Source of the DNA: Rhynchopus sp. YZ270_cl-10
Taxonomy: Eukaryota
Length of the DNA stretch: 64,000 bases
Assembly: GCA_964035575.1 (NCBI GenBank)
Contig: OZ037843.1
Location: forward strand, 620,001 to 684,000
Reading direction: 5' to 3'
The notes beneath the pieces are model-generated. The model was not told the origin of the DNA, ran no database searches, and saw only the letters and a list, made by a program, of their open reading frames with translations. The translations under genes and the position numbers were made by a program. Shown here piece after piece: positions 61,465 to 64,000 of this stretch. The first letter of the stretch is position 1; each line of letters opens with the position of its first letter.

Positions 61465-61948
61465 AAAAAAAATCGAAAAAAAAAAAAAAAAATTTCCGAT
61501 TCTCAGGAGTCCGTGCGTGCTGTGGTGGGGTCAATTTGCGGTCAGAAATGAGTATTTTCGACCTAAAATGCATGCATAGTGCATGTATTTTACACACAAA
61601 ACCTGAAATCACCAAAAGCCGCCGCACCAAAACTTTTTTCCCCTACCATAACTTTTTTTTGCACGTAACTTTTTTTTTGCGTGCTTGCTAGTTCTTTTTT
61701 CAGACCCCCTGTTACACCGACCAAAAAAATTAGTTGGCCCACCCTAACCTGCAAACAACACCCTCTTGCGACAGGAAAGCAGTACCGGGAGTGTTCCACA
61801 CTCGCGAGAAACTTAGCCTGATCCACAAAAAAAAGGGGGGCTGTTCATAAAAGTTGCTCTCAAGGGGTTCAGGACGACTGACGTCTATACCTTCCGTAGT
61901 ACAAAAGGCTTTTGGCTAACATTGAGTACAGACGCTAGGTTACCCGAA

Positions 61949-62031
61949 GCATAACTAGAAGGCGAATTTCGTATTCGCCCTACATTCGGATCCGAATATA
62001 GGGCGAATATGGATTCGCCTTCTAGGTATGC
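61949..62031. repeat. Palindromic mini-element related to 31325-31425
   Basis: CTAGAAGGCGAAT…TTCGGATCCGAA…ATTCGCCTTCTAG. Confidence 0.7.
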
Positions 62032-62679
62032 CTAAGCGGGTCCTTAGGCGATTGCTCGACACAGCAAAAAAGCAAAAGACAAAGCAATACAGAGAGAGCC
62101 AAGTTTTTGTTTTTACTACCTATTTTCATTAACCCCCCTCTTGTTATTACAAGAGGGAGTTCTTCAAAACAAAACAGAGTAGCAAAAGCAGGGGCTCCGC
62201 TACCGTATAAAGTTCTGTTGCGGCGCAACAGAAGTCTGGAAAAAAGAAAAAAAAAAAAAAAAAAAAAATCCCATGGTTGAACCACGGGAGTACCATGGGG
62301 AACTGGGTTGCTGACCGCACCATCCAGGCTGTACCTCAATTTTTTTTTTGCCTGCGGCGCCATTTTCCCTTTTTTGCTCCGCAAAAAAGGATTCGATATG
62401 TGACTCTGTACTGTAAAAAGCTAGATTTTTACACCGTACCCTAAATTTTTTTTCGCCTGCGGCGCCATTTGATTTTTTTTGCTCCGCAAAAAAAATACAG
62501 TTCCCTATGTTCCTAATGTCCCTGGTCAGCAGTGCTGAAAAATTTTTGGGCACAAAAACAGCTGACCCCAATCTTGAAATCTGAATTCCTGGATAAGACA
62601 CTGGCGCAGGGTGAAAAAAAAAACCCCCCGCAACAGAACTCAAAAAAAATCTGAAAACGTAGCGGAGGGGCTGAGCAAA

Positions 62680-62710
<31 letters not shown>

Positions 62711-64000
62711 GCAAAAACTTTCAAAACCCCCTCTTATTATTAGTTCTGGGGTCGTGGATGAGCCAAAATCTAAACAAAAAGTGCACCCTTTCTCTTGCGG
62801 CTTATGTCAACAAAGAAAACTTAGAAGGCACAACAAACAGATAAAAAAATCGAACACTCCCCAAAAGAAGAAAAAAAAACTGAGGCCTTTTCGTGAGTGA
62901 ACTTTTGGACAGTGGAGATTGCACAAACTGTGGCAACACAACTGAGGCAACTACACTACTCCAACAATTTATCAAAAAAAATTATAACAAAACAAAACAA
63001 AACAAGAACACATTGCCAAGCGTTTCTTTTGATACTGCAAGCAACCGAGATTGGGAACCGAGAAAGTGGACGAGAAAGTGGAAATTGCACACCTGTGGCA
63101 ACACAACCGAGGCAACTACACTACTCTAACAATTTATCGAAACCAAAATAAATAAGGGAAACAAAAAAAACGGGGGACAACAGTATTGGAGTGTACCATT
63201 GGTAAGCAATGGTATTTCAATGATATAGGTGAGTGAACGACACCACCCCCCCCCTTTTTTTTTTTTGCCAGTTGTGTGCACGTTTAGGAAAAGGCAACTT
63301 CCTATTAAGCCTGCCGACTCCATGTTCTTGGAGCTTCCAGGACCGTGCCATGCTCCGTTCCCTAAAAAAGAATGGTAAAAAAGTTTTTTTTTTTTTAAAC
63401 TCAGGTTGCGCTGCCCCAATGAAAATAATAATAATAACAAAAACGTATTTTAAACTTTGTGAAAGCTACACATCGAACACCCCCCTTTCTTCTGCTACAC
63501 TCTGAGTATTGAAGTGGTGCAGTGGTGGGATTAACAAAAAGCACTCAACCAACATATTTTCAAAAAACCCCCTATCCCTACCCCCTTTCCCCCCCTCTTT
63601 GTCCGTTAGCGATCCTTTTTATTTATTTATTTATTTTATTCCACAGTTAAATAAAGTATACGAAGGATTTGGCACTTTTATCGTGATTCTTTTTAATGAT
63701 AATTTCACGCCGTGTTTTTTTCGCAAATAAAAACCACGCTAATTGAACTTTATTTCACGCATTTTCACTTTTTTTCACTGCAATTCCTTAGGAGCGTGAT
63801 TTTATTTTTGTTTTTTTCACGCTAAAACAGGGGTTTTTTTTGGCGATAACTTCACGCTAAATTTTGGTACATCCTGCACCACCACCCGCCTAAAAATTGA
63901 AAATTGCGATTTTTTTTTGCACTTTTCCCATTTTTTTTTTTGACACACGCAACATGCCGAAGGATCTAAGACGCAAACGGTCCTCCGACAAGAGATGGAC

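Overview
Eukaryotic, intron-containing DNA. A euglenozoan, probably diplonemid-like, source is inferred from the gene families and the single-strand gene cluster; no database search was possible. Bases 1-15160 are a 38-bp dyad-rich satellite (about 356 monomers). It is interrupted twice by the same 806-bp insert (5705-bp higher-order unit) and ends directly on a 47-nt 28S rRNA fragment. The rest holds eight protein genes, all on the + strand: PTPS-III-type pterin synthase, SFT2, a frameshifted membrane cyclase-like gene, two TMEM43-like paralogues, a Ubl-LRR protein, a PMCA-type Ca-ATPase and a CCCH zinc-finger protein. A decayed tyrosine recombinase lies on the - strand. Intergenic DNA is a nested mosaic of MITEs (TA, 3-, 6- and 8-bp TSDs) and a sense-oriented retroposon with about 13-bp TSDs. 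The most striking unexplained signal is a conserved non-coding cassette of about 125 nt. It occurs 9 times, always on the + strand, upstream of 7 of the 8 unrelated genes (about 50-200 bp in six cases). It is a candidate shared leader exon, trans-splicing signal or promoter system.
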